The translations under genes and the position numbers were made by a program. The notes under the pieces were generated by a model. It ran no database searches. It saw nothing but the letters and a program-made list of their open reading frames with translations, and had not been told where the DNA came from. A stretch of DNA of 14,439 nt from Paraspadella gotoi (lineage: Eukaryota > Animalia > Chaetognatha): the NCBI GenBank assembly GCA_051294375.1, contig JBJCIZ010000464.1, forward strand, positions 1-14,439, given 5' to 3'. Positions within the stretch are counted from its first letter, which is position 1. Every line of letters starts with the position of its first letter. Of the stretch, positions 1-8,637 are shown one piece after another.

Positions 1-9
1 ACAGTGTAA

Positions 10-960
10 AAGACTGGAAACTAAACTATGTATTGAAATTCAATAAAAACAAAAGACACTAACGTTTAAAGACTGGAAAACAAGTAAAAACTAAACTACA
101 TATTGAAATTCAATAAAAACAAAAGACACTAGCGTTTAAAATCATTAATAAATGTTATGAACTAATACATAAGAAACTATGGAAAAATAACGTTCAAGAA
201 CGTTCAAAGATCAAATGTAAAAATCATAAAAACCGGAAAAACTAAAGAACGAAAAATGTCAAATGTCAAGAGAAGCAATAGCTTTTATTTTAAATTTATA
301 ATTTTTATTTTTGATAATGCGTAAAAATAAAAACAAAAAATATGACAACAAAGACAAAAACAAAAAATATAAAGCATAAACGAAAAAACAATGTTAATAA
401 AACGTTCAAAAATAATGCATAAAAAACAAAAACAAAAAATATGAAAACAAGAACAAAAACAAAAAATATAAAGCATTAATGAAAACATGAGAGCAAAAAT
501 AAACTAAAACATTATAAAAGTGTTTAATATGTTAAAGTAAAGGGCAGAGGGACCACATTGCTATGAATAGAAATATCAAACTATAATCAGTATATATATA
601 TATACATATAAATATATATATAAATATAAGCACTCACATCAACAGAAAAAGACACTAATAAAAACAAACAAAGAGACGCTAAAACGAAATGAGACGCTAA
701 CAGATACACAAAAGGACAGTCTGGTTTTTTTTTGTTTTTTTTTTAAGTAAAAATAATTCCTACATCATCCTACTGAAAACAGACGCTACCACATAAAACA
801 CAAAAAAGACGCTAATAAAAAAACATATAAAATATACAGACGCTACCACATAAAACAGAAAAAAGACGCTAATAAAAAAACAACATATAAACCACATATA
901 AAATATAGATATGTGGTCACATATAAACATATAAACCACATATAAAATATAGATATGTGG
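10..960. repeat. A-rich low-complexity region built from short tandem duplications
   Basis: CTAAACTA..TATTGAAATTCAATAAAAACAAAAGACACTA.CGTTTAAA occurs twice (about 21-70 and 91-140). There is an imperfect duplication of about 100 bp (about 325-390 vs 425-490). AGACGCTACCACATAAAAC..AGACGCTAATAAAAAAA occurs twice (781, 838), and CATATAAACCACATATAAAATATAGATATGTGG twice (about 885, 928). (TA)n at about 591-627. Confidence 0.8.
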
Positions 961-987
961 TTCCTCAATACCCAAAACAAGATACCC

Positions 988-1157
988 TCATTGATTAAAT
1001 AAGTTCCAATAGCCAATTTTAACCCGTTTAATTAAGTTTCCCCACTCTATGGTCCCATCCTCATTTAATGTACCAGTACATTTCCCAATAAGATTCGTTT
1101 TTAAAATTTCCCAATTTGCCATTTAATTTGGCAACCCAATAATCTTGTCTAAGTCCT
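988..1157 (-). pseudogene. Possible degraded non-LTR retrotransposon (LINE) ORF2 fragment, endonuclease-RT linker region
   Basis: Minus frame reads DLDKIIGLPN*MANWEILKTNLIGKCTGTLNEDGTIEWGNLIKRVK. ANWEILKTNL and a later W..L resemble the NxKKANWxxFxxxL...W linker of LINE ORF2. The fragment is cut at the TTAA at 1158-1161. Motif resemblance only. Confidence 0.3.
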
Positions 1158-1398
1158 TTAAGGCCTGGGATCATGGCCAAAAGTTATAATTAGGATTAAA
1201 AAGCTTATATTCGGAAAGTAGAGGTCCAGATGATTCTGAAAATGTATTCCCTTTATCTTCTCTTCGAATCCATTGCTGTTTTTTCGAATTTTATAATACT
1301 ATATAAAATAAAAGAAACCTTTCGGAAGAGTTGCGGCCCAAACGGCTAAGCGGATTTTCATGAAATTTTACATAAATTTACTTGAGGACAAGGGTCCC

Positions 1399-1528
1399 AA
1401 TTCTATGAGAGGGATTTTTCAAATTCACTTATCTTCATAAGAAAAAAAAAAGAATAAGAAAATTTTGGCATTAAATTCTAAATATCTTGAAAACTAGTAA
1501 CATTTTTCAAAATCCCTCTCATAGAATT
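1399..1528. repeat. Internal 20-bp perfect inverted repeat inside the Kolobok-like element
   Basis: AATTCTATGAGAGGGATTTT (1399-1418) and AAAATCCCTCTCATAGAATT (1509-1528). Confidence 0.9.
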
Positions 1529-1903
1529 TCTCCCACCTTTCCATACTTAATAAAAAATAATTTTAGTTTATTTTTATTTCAAATGGTTTTAGCTCCAACT
1601 CTTTTTGTTTATTTATTTTTTATTTTTTTATTTTTTTTCTGTAGATTTTAAAAAACTGAAAGTCAGCAAAGAACTTTAAAATCGATACGCTTTTCCGAAA
1701 TCTATTTTCATTTCTAGTTTAAATGATTGTTTTATCCAAATTTTGTCCAATTTTTTTTTATTAACAAATGGCTGTGGCTGGGGAAAGCATCAGTAAACAA
1801 GGAGGAATGCTGCAAAGTGTTTATTTATTTTTTTCTCAGTCTTTTTTTGAACCAGTTTTGAACCTGGGAACAGAAACTAAATGTCAAAAGCAGAGCATGA
1901 GGC

Positions 1904-1985
1904 TGGTCCGTCTGTGGAATCTGTGGCAGTCTATGGCACCATTGAGGGTTGTTATCAAAGTGGACCCTACTTCAGATGCCAGTGG
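1904..1985 (+). pseudogene. Possible degenerate PHD-like Cys/His finger remnant inside the TIR element
   Basis: WSVCGICGSLWHH* then a frameshift to GCYQSGPYFRCQW, which resembles W-x-x-C-x-x-C-x-x-W-x-H-x-x-C...F-x-C. A polypyrimidine-AG acceptor-like site lies upstream at about 1825-1839. Confidence 0.3.
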
Positions 1986-2389
1986 ATGAATGTCTTTAAA
2001 TTTACAATTTTAATCATTCTTTTTTGTAATAAAATGATAATAGACATCCTTATATAAGCGTTCTGCTCTCTCTCTACATAAATGTTATGTTTTGATCATT
2101 AATTGATTCTATAACATAATTGGAATGACTTGGTTTAGTTGTTAGTATTACACTGAGGTAGGTCTGTTAGTTAAAAAAAATAAAAAATTTTTGTTTAAAA
2201 ATGACTTTACGTGTTGGATTAAATTTTTAGGTTTAGCTGATAAAAAAATTGCCCGATTTTTAGTTGCCTCTTAAATGCTAATAATATAGAGTTGTTTTTT
2301 TTTGAAACGTGAAGGGAATACACTTTCTTTACATAATAAATAGATTGTACCAAAGCTTTATGCAATTCTTGTTTGAATGATCCCAGGCC

Positions 2390-3586
2390 TTAAAAAAATA
2401 ATTTTGTATTTATTTATTATTGTAACTTTGACCGGTTGGCCCACTATTGGCAAATTATATCTAAAATAGGAGTTGATAAGAGAGATATAGTCAAATTAAC
2501 ATTACTTTTTGTTATTCTGATAATTTACTATTATTAAATTTATAAATATTTTAGTGTATATATTTAATCATTTTTATCTTTTTTTTAAATAATAATTATT
2601 TGAGTTGTGATAACTATTTATAAATTATTAAATATGCAATATGGAACAGCAGTGCTGTGATGCATGGAGGCCACTGTTTGGGCTCCGACCCATACCTAGT
2701 CACTGCCTTACAGACGCCGTTTCAAACAGAGAAGTTGACTGTGTGACCACTGGTGTTGTCCTTGAGATGATTGGCTACGTTGACGTAGCTTTTAGCCAAT
2801 GGCACATCACTAGTCTAGCTGAGTGTCTGACAGAGTTACCATAGTGGAGAGAGGATTGGGCAAGTTCGTAGCGTACAGGATAGGGTTGTCGTGCGTCCAA
2901 ATCAGATAGCGTGCTCTCTGGAATGTCATTGTCCATTATCAGCAGTTGCTTATGCCATTGGATGGGCACCAGTGCTTTCTTGACTAGAGTAGTCACTCCG
3001 TACTGAGGCTTTCACACGGGAATGTAGTGTGGATAACAGACTGGATTTTCCTTGATGGATCGAGGATGTGACGAGGTTTAATATACCGCACACAATTATA
3101 AAATTTGACTCGGTCTGGTTTCTTCCTAAAAAAGAACAATCAAAAAATTTCATTCAAGATTAAAATTTTTAAAATGAGGAAATAAATTTTTTTTTTGATA
3201 GTAAAAAAAATATTTGGAGTCAAAAATATCATAGTCGTTAACTGAGTATTTTCAACTATATATTTTGTTAATAGGGATTATATTTTTGGATCATTATTAT
3301 TGAAAAGAGTTTAGCTTTACCAAGTTTTTTTCGTTCTGAATAGGGGTAGCCCCTCTCAATGGGGTGAATCAAAATTTAGTATGGGAACATGCCTCAAACG
3401 AAAATTTATGCATTTTAAGTTTACTTTCAATGTACAAAAAATTATTATATGGCTTTATACCCAAATATTATTTTGTAATATTTTTTTATAGAAAGGAAAA
3501 GAGTTCGTCCCTACTCATAATTCGTCGGAAAATGAGTTCAGCTCTGCAGCGGCGGTCCAGCGGCGGTCCAGCGGCTGTCCAGCTTC

Positions 3587-3632
<46 letters not shown>

Positions 3633-3778
3633 TTTTTTTCCTTCTAAAAACTTTTATTATCGCCATTTATTCCGCGCTTTTTTTCTCAATACAAAATCCC
3701 AAATTTACATCCGAGATCTTCGTGGATTTTTTCCCTAAAATTCTGATTGCGTTTCGGTTGGCGGGAAAACTGTCCAGC

Positions 3779-3818
<40 letters not shown>

Positions 3819-3941
3819 CACTCATACACGCATTTGTTTTTTATATACGATGAATGATTCATCGCGTCAATGAATGACTATCATCGATCAATGAAATGAC
3901 TATCATCATGGCTTGATCCTTATGCTTTTAAGATTTTTTTT
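2390..3941 (+). mobile_element. Non-autonomous Helentron/DINE-1-like element, family A, 5'-truncated copy
   Basis: Colinear and nearly identical to 10654-11776, apart from the 2642-3092 insert, a deletion of about 30 bp near 3748 and homopolymer indels. Ends with 3' subTIR TCATGGCTTGAT (3906-3917), short stem-loop ATCCTTA-TGCTTT-TAAGAT and a T run. Confidence 0.8.
2642..3092. mobile_element. 451-bp insertion of about 50% GC; best read as a solo-LTR-like element
   Basis: Absent from the paralogous copy (empty site ATGCAAATATAAAATTTGAC at about 10910-10929). Begins TG and ends CA. Flanked by CAATA (2637-2641) and CAAT(T)A (3093-3098), an imperfect 5-bp TSD. The insertion is certain; the LTR identity is inference. 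Confidence 0.5.
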
Positions 3942-4848
3942 CCATTTAAACTCATTTCCACTCAAAGATTCCATCGAAATTGGTTTCCTGTTCAATCACA
4001 CACTTTTCTACTCACATACAAAATTCCAGGTCAATCGATAATTAAGTGGTAATAAGCTAACTTGGTCAACTTGCATAATCTAATCAACTTGCATAATTTG
4101 ATCAATTGACATAATTTGGTTAACTGACATAATTTGGTCAAACTGACATAATTTGGTCAACTGACATAATTTGATCAATTAAGATAATTTGGTCAACCGG
4201 CATAATTTGGTCAACTAGCATAATTTTATCAACTGGCCTAATTTGGTCAACTGGCATAATTTGGTCAACAGGCATAATTTGGTCAACTTGTCAGAACTTG
4301 ATCAACTTGCAGAATTTGGTCAACTGGCATAATTTGGTCAACTTTAAGAATTTGGTCAACTTCAAGTAAATATGACTTTTGTATTTTCCATTTTAACTCA
4401 TTTCCACTCTCACGATTCCATCGAAACTTTATATCCAGCTCAATCACACACTTTTCTACCATCATACAAAATTTTAAGTCAATTGCCCTATCCACTAATG
4501 AGCAATTGGCGTTCAAATAGTGAACTATATTTTTTGTTTTTTTATTTAAACCAATTTCCACTCGCACGATTCCATCGAAACTTCATATCCATCTCAATCA
4601 CACAGTTTCCTACCCACACACAAAATTTCATACCAATCCATCCATCCAATCACGAGTAATTGGAGTTTTTTGCTAGGAGGTCGCAGACAGACGGACGGAG
4701 GGACATCATTTTTTTTGCATAATTTATCATAATTCGATGTTCTGACATGATATAAGTGTGTGCCCGACAATATTGAGGGGGCGGACCGACGGACCGACAA
4801 AGTGAATTATAGAGTCGGGATCTGCTGATAAGCAGATCCGACTAAAAA
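3942..4848 (-). mobile_element. Non-autonomous Helentron/DINE-1-like element, family B, 5' part
   Basis: Terminal palindrome AGTCGGGATCTGCT-GATA-AGCAGATCCGACT (4813-4843) next to an A run (T run on minus). GGAC/AGAC microsatellite at about 4685-4704 and 4783-4798. Reverse-complement homology to 12498-13020. Internal repeat core ATTTAAACTCATTTCCACT...GATTCCATCGAAA occurs three times. Confidence 0.8.
4067..4363. repeat. 18-bp minisatellite, consensus CAACTGGCATAATTTGGT, about 16 units
   Basis: Contiguous degenerate units with no spacers. Confidence 0.95.
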
Positions 4849-4942
4849 CATAAGTCACATTTACTTGAATCTTTAATATTAATGATTACTAATAAATGTT
4901 TTAATTAATTAATTATTAATTAATGTAAAAATGATGCAAGTT

Positions 4943-5034
4943 AAAAAAATCTTAAAAGCATAAAGATCGTAGCAATTGCATAAAAAGAGAGAGAGAGAGA
5001 GAGAGAGAGAGTGAGAGAGAGAGAGAGAAGGAGA
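4943..5034 (-). mobile_element. 3' terminal fragment of a family-A-related element
   Basis: Reverse complement reads (CT)n...TGCAATTGCTACGATCTTTATGCTTTTAAGATTTTTTT. This is the same terminal stem-loop and T tail as at 3915-3941, with a different subTIR. Confidence 0.6.
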
Positions 5035-5159
5035 CATAAAATAAAATAGAGGATATTTGTTTGTTTGATAAAATGTAAACAAAACATATTAATAACTGTC
5101 CTAACCCAATTTTAAGGACATCGATGATGATAAGTTGAATATAAATTACATATTAAAAT

Positions 5160-5239
5160 TAATTAATTAATTAATCGATTAATTAATTAATTATTTAATT
5201 ATCGTAGGCAGATCCGACATTGTTTGCTCAAACTTGTAA
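5160..5239 (+). mobile_element. Orphan 3' end of a family B element
   Basis: (AATT)n tract, then GCAGATCCGAC (5208-5218, the inverse of the family B 5' subTIR), then small stem-loop GTTTG-CT-CAAAC. Confidence 0.55.
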
Positions 5240-5971
5240 AGTAAAAGTAAAAGGATTATAATTTTTTGACCGTTATTATTGAAAATAGTTTAGCTTATCG
5301 CGACAAGTTTTCATTTCATTACAATCAATATCAATCTCATTCATTTTCAATAATATGCAAATAATTAAGGTTTTTCAACCTCATTTTGAACTAGATGAAC
5401 AAAAGACTTCAGTCTTATTTCGATTTAAAAAAATAGAAAGTTAATTTATGCTTAATCACACACTAACAAAACAATTTTTTTTCTATCACGTTCTAAATAT
5501 TTGTTTGCGTCTCTCTCTGTCTCTCTCTCTGTATTTCTTTCTCTCTCTGTGTGTCTTTCTCTCTCTGTGTGTCTCTCTCTCTGTCTCTCTCTGTCTCTCT
5601 CTCTCTCTCTCTGTGTCTGTCTCTCTCTGTATGATCTCTCCCAAAATACAATAACTTACTTGACCTAGATTTCGTGGTCGTTGCGGGGCAACGAGTAAAC
5701 AATGTCGAGGAACATGACCTAATAACGCGTTCGATGGCAACGGAAACGTTACATGTATAAAAAAATCAACATGACCCAATTTTACGCCGCCGTTGCGAGG
5801 CAACGGATAACCGATCTAAATGAGAGTGACCTAATAATGCGTCTCGTTGGTGGGAAAACTCTCTCTCTCTCTCTATCTCTCTCTTTCTCACTCTCCCTCT
5901 CTCCCTCTCTTTATCTCTTTTTTTTTACAAAAAAAATTATATTCATTTTTTTTTTTGCTTTTCTTTTTTGA

Positions 5972-6042
5972 ATCAGCAGGGCGCGAACCCGAGTCCTTTG
6001 GATTGGGAGGAGCTCGTGCTACCTCCGAGGCTAACGGACGAG
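5972..6042 (-). ncRNA. tRNA-derived Pol III head (SINE-like), diverged copy
   Basis: Minus strand has A-box-like TAGCCTCGGAGG, CTCCTCCCAATCCAAAGG and B-box-like GGTTCGCGCCC, followed by an A-rich tract. Aligns without gaps to 8566-8637. Confidence 0.55.
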
Positions 6043-6196
6043 TTCAGCTTCTCTCTCTCTCTCTTTTATTTATATGTCGCTTTCTCTCTCTCATTTTCTC
6101 CGTCGCTGCTGTTTCTGATTCTGATTTGTGACGTAGTCGTCGTCGTCGTCGTCGTCGTTGTTGTTATCGTCATCGTCATCACGCTTTTTATCTTGC

Positions 6197-6357
6197 CAAC
6201 TTGCATACTTTTTTCAACTTGCATACTTTTTTAACTTGCATAATTTTTTTCAACTTGCATAATTTTTTCAACTTGCATAATTTTTAACTTGCATAATTTT
6301 TTAACTTGCATAATTTTTTAAACTTACATAATTTTTTTTAACTTGTATAATTTTTTT
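6197..6357. repeat. Minisatellite of about 17-19 bp, (C)AACTTGCATAATTTTTT, about 9 units
   Basis: Contiguous units that vary mainly in T-run length. Confidence 0.95.
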
Positions 6358-6810
6358 CACGGAAACGTTACCTGTATAAAAAAAATCAACTTGACCCAAT
6401 TTCACGCCGCCGTTGCGAGACAACGGATAACCGATATAAACGAGAGTGACCTAATATTGCGTCTCGTTGGCGGGAAAACACACTTTCTCTCTCTCTCTCT
6501 CTCACTCTTTTTTTTACTAGGCGACGAGTAAACGAATAAACGAGTTTCGGCTCGCTCGCTCTCTCTCTCTCTTTCTCTCTCTCTTTTTTTTTAATATAAA
6601 ACTAAAAAAATAATAAAAGAAAATAGTGAAGAAATAGAAAATATATTATTAGACCAGAGACATGATTTTAGCCGACATTCAAGAGTGTTCATTACAAAAG
6701 TCTCTCGCTTTTTATAATAGAAAAATGATCGTGTGACCTTAAAATTCGAACAATATATTGTTGGAGACTTCATATTTGCCGCGTCGCGAGTTACAGGAGA
6801 GAGAGAGAGA

Positions 6811-7175
6811 TCATGGTAAAAATCTTTGGCATAGAGCGCTAATTTGATCAGGAGACGGATGTGGAGATTTTTTGGGAGAGGGATCGGTAAAGGAATCGTT
6901 AGAAGGGTCGAGAGAAGAATCGGGAGAAGAATCAGGAGAAGGATCGGTTTGCGTTTCTGCATCATAAAATATCCTTAATGTTTGGGTTGATGCATCTTAG
7001 TTTAGATGGTTTTGTTAATAGAGGAAAAGTTTTTATTTGATTTAGCAACAATTGATTGGTTTTGTTATAATATTTGTAGTATTTTTTTATGTTTCCATCT
7101 CCATTTGTTCCTTTATCGTCCACAATTTTTATGGTTTTTACTTAAAAAATGGTATTGTACAAAGATATGCCTCAT
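6811..7175 (-). pseudogene. Frameshifted small ORF with two TQT (LC8-type) motifs and an acidic Ser/Pro tail
   Basis: The frame 6996->6811, which is not in the ORF track, reads DASTQTLRIFYDAETQTDPSPDSSPDSSLDPSNDSFTDPSPKKSPHPSPDQISALCQRFLP*. An upstream frame reads VKTIKIVDDKGTNGDGNIKKYYKYYNKTNQLLLNQIKTFPLLTKPSK. Candidate ATG at 7173-7175. Joining these needs two frameshifts. Confidence 0.5.
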
Positions 7176-7265
7176 AAAAACTACGCAACCCGTCTCGTGG
7201 CTTCGCTGTTCACAACAATTTTTTTTCTCTTTCTTAAAAAAATCTCGTCAATTGACCTGTAAAAA

Positions 7266-7913
7266 ATGAATTCCGATTTGGGAGTGATTTTGCTGACTCA
7301 AATAACACCGCTCATTGTCGATTTCTCCTTTTTATAATCAAATTCGTCAACTAGAAGATAATCTCCATCGATCGAGAAATCTCGCATCCTCGCCTATTTA
7401 TTCTCCAGCTCAGATTGACGATGTTTCATCGCCCTTCGCGTCTTCTCTAACGAAAAAAACAAAAATCTCCGAGGAGAAGAAAGGTTGCCTTCACGACGCC
7501 GCTTATTACATCAATGTCGCTGTCTTCTACAACGACATCTTCATTGTCTCCTTCGTCTCCATCGTTATCTCCACCACCATCTGCAGCACCGTCTCTTGCA
7601 TCAATTCCAGCGCCGACTCCATCGTCTGCCACGCCAACTCCATTGTTTCCCGGGCCAACTTCATTGTCTGCTGCGCCGACTCCTTTTCGTTCTTCATATA
7701 TTTCAACTTCGGATCCACGACAAATTCTGACACCAAAGACATCGCTGATTCAAACTAAAGACAAACTCAACCGGCACCATAAGATTCTCGAGTGTATCTT
7801 CTGTTTTATATTCACGATTTATTCGTCATTTATTCAACTTTTACGTCATTCGAGATTTAGTTCAACCTACGGCCGAAAAATCAAACGAACGACCATCAAG
7901 GCATAGAAAATAA
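7266..7913 (+). pseudogene. Frameshifted Ser/Pro/Thr-rich ORF of unknown function
   Basis: AAAAAATG start at 7266 (MNSDLGVILLTQITPLIVDF), shift in a T run to YNQIRQLEDNLHRSRN...SLTKK, then shift in an A run to KSPRRRKVAFTTPLITS plus the 7514-7906 ORF. Stops at 7904-7906 or 7911-7913 depending on frame. AATAAA at 7912-7917. Confidence 0.5.
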
Positions 7914-7954
7914 TAAACAATTTCATAATTATTAAAAGAAAACCTTTTATAGCT

Positions 7955-8530
7955 TGTAACCAGATAAGTACAAATTTCTCTCTATAAGTCAATTTTTGCT
8001 GAGGTTGAATTGATGAGCGGGGTTTTCCATCTCTTGCTCACCCTTCTGAGAGTATCTTTAACGCAGATAGGATCGAGTCTTTAAGGATCATGAACTGGAT
8101 GTAAGCAAAAGCAAGCATCGGTAATGGATCAATAAACAAAGACCTCTCAGGTAAGCTCGGCTTAGCCACTTGATTCGAACAATATAAACTAATAAAGCCC
8201 GACGATGGCTAATCAACATTAATGCGATCTGTATGAAATAGAATCATGATTAAGCAAAGCAATGATTATAAATGAATAATGATTGTTTATATTTTTAAAC
8301 AGTATTACAAAAGGCAAATGAGAATGACGGACCATAACAGGAATTAGTGTCCAACAGATATTTTCCCCTTTTTAAACCTGAGCGTCCCGCTCAGCATTGC
8401 TTTCGAGATGGGGATCGATTAGGAAAATCATCGTGTTGAAGAGACAATAATTATTGATAAGTGTTAATGACAGAACCGTCGAATATAAGCAGTCCCTGAG
8501 CTTCGGATCAGGCTGTAACACCATGTTACA
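7955..8530. other. Segment bounded by TGTAAC...GTTACA; possible LTR-like unit
   Basis: 6-bp inverted TG...CA termini; internal TATATAAA and AATAAA at about 8183-8196 on +. A purine tract AAGAGGGACGGGG lies 13 nt upstream on the minus strand. No TSD and no PBS seen. Confidence 0.25.
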
Positions 8531-8565
8531 GGCGGGTTAAGCGCCCCGTCCCTCTTAACTGCCAG

Positions 8566-8637
8566 ACGACCACCGGGCTAGAACCCCGGACCTTTGGGTT
8601 GGGAGGCGAATGACCTGCCTCCGGCACCAATGGCCGC
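8566..8637 (-). ncRNA. tRNA-like (Gly-CCC-related) Pol III element or SINE head; not a canonical tRNA
   Basis: Minus strand reads GCGGCCATTGGTGCCGGAGGCAGGTCATTCGCCTCCCAACCCAAAGGTCCGGGGTTCTAGCCCGGTGGTCGT. It has an A-box-like TGGTGCCGGAGG, a B-box-like GGTTCTAGCCC, a pairable acceptor stem and T arm, and TCGCCTCCCA as in tRNA-Gly(CCC). The anticodon stem does not pair. Confidence 0.65.

Larger units (their letters stand above)
1162..2389. mobile_element. Non-autonomous TIR DNA transposon, Kolobok-like (TTAA TSD, GG...CC termini), 1228 bp
   Basis: Perfect 13-bp TIRs GGCCTGGGATCAT (1162-1174) and ATGATCCCAGGCC (2377-2389), each flanked by TTAA (1158-1161, 2390-2393). TTAA with purine termini is the Kolobok pattern, whereas piggyBac begins with pyrimidines. 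No intact transposase. Confidence 0.8.
5250..6590 (+). mobile_element. Rearranged family-A-related sequence with (CT)n tracts and an internal 120-bp duplication
   Basis: 5253-5297 resembles 3275-3318. TTTGTGACGTA(GTC)n at about 6125-6160 matches about 9750-9786. 5741-5859 is duplicated at 6360-6479, including hairpin CCGTTGC-GAG-GCAACGG at 5790-5806, and partly matches 11577-11621. Confidence 0.65.

Noticed and set aside
285-975. Hydrophobic F/C/Y-rich minus-strand ORFs
   Set aside because: Artefacts of A-rich tandem duplications.
1162-2389. piggyBac or Tc1/mariner assignment
   Set aside because: With a TTAA TSD the termini are GG...CC rather than piggyBac CC...GG, and there is no CAG-type Tc1 terminus.
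2641-3153. Protein-coding or telomerase-RNA reading of the 451-bp insert
   Set aside because: All frames are short with no recognisable domain (GVTTLVKK is only faintly like the APE endonuclease motif), and the TAGGGTT at about 2881 is too short to call a template.
3364-3738. ORFs with LSLSLS or RERERE tracts (also 5448-6531, 10115-10566, 11357-11557, 14137-14319)
   Set aside because: These are translations of (CT)n/(GTC)n microsatellites, and the frames are not preserved between paralogous copies.
4067-4363. CRISPR-like array (also 6197-6357 and 12177-12308)
   Set aside because: Units are contiguous with no unique spacers, there are no cas genes, and the context is eukaryotic TE sequence.
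4283-4567. ORF ending in VDQI hexapeptide repeats
   Set aside because: It is a translation of the 18-bp minisatellite, and the frame is broken by indels within the array.
6591-6965. Track ORF MMQKRKPILLLILLP as a signal-peptide protein
   Set aside because: It is probably the shadow frame of the TQT/DPS frame and runs through a (CT)n tract.
8566-8637. Functional tRNA-Gly(CCC)
   Set aside because: The anticodon and D stems do not pair canonically, the T arm is one nucleotide short and the B-box deviates.
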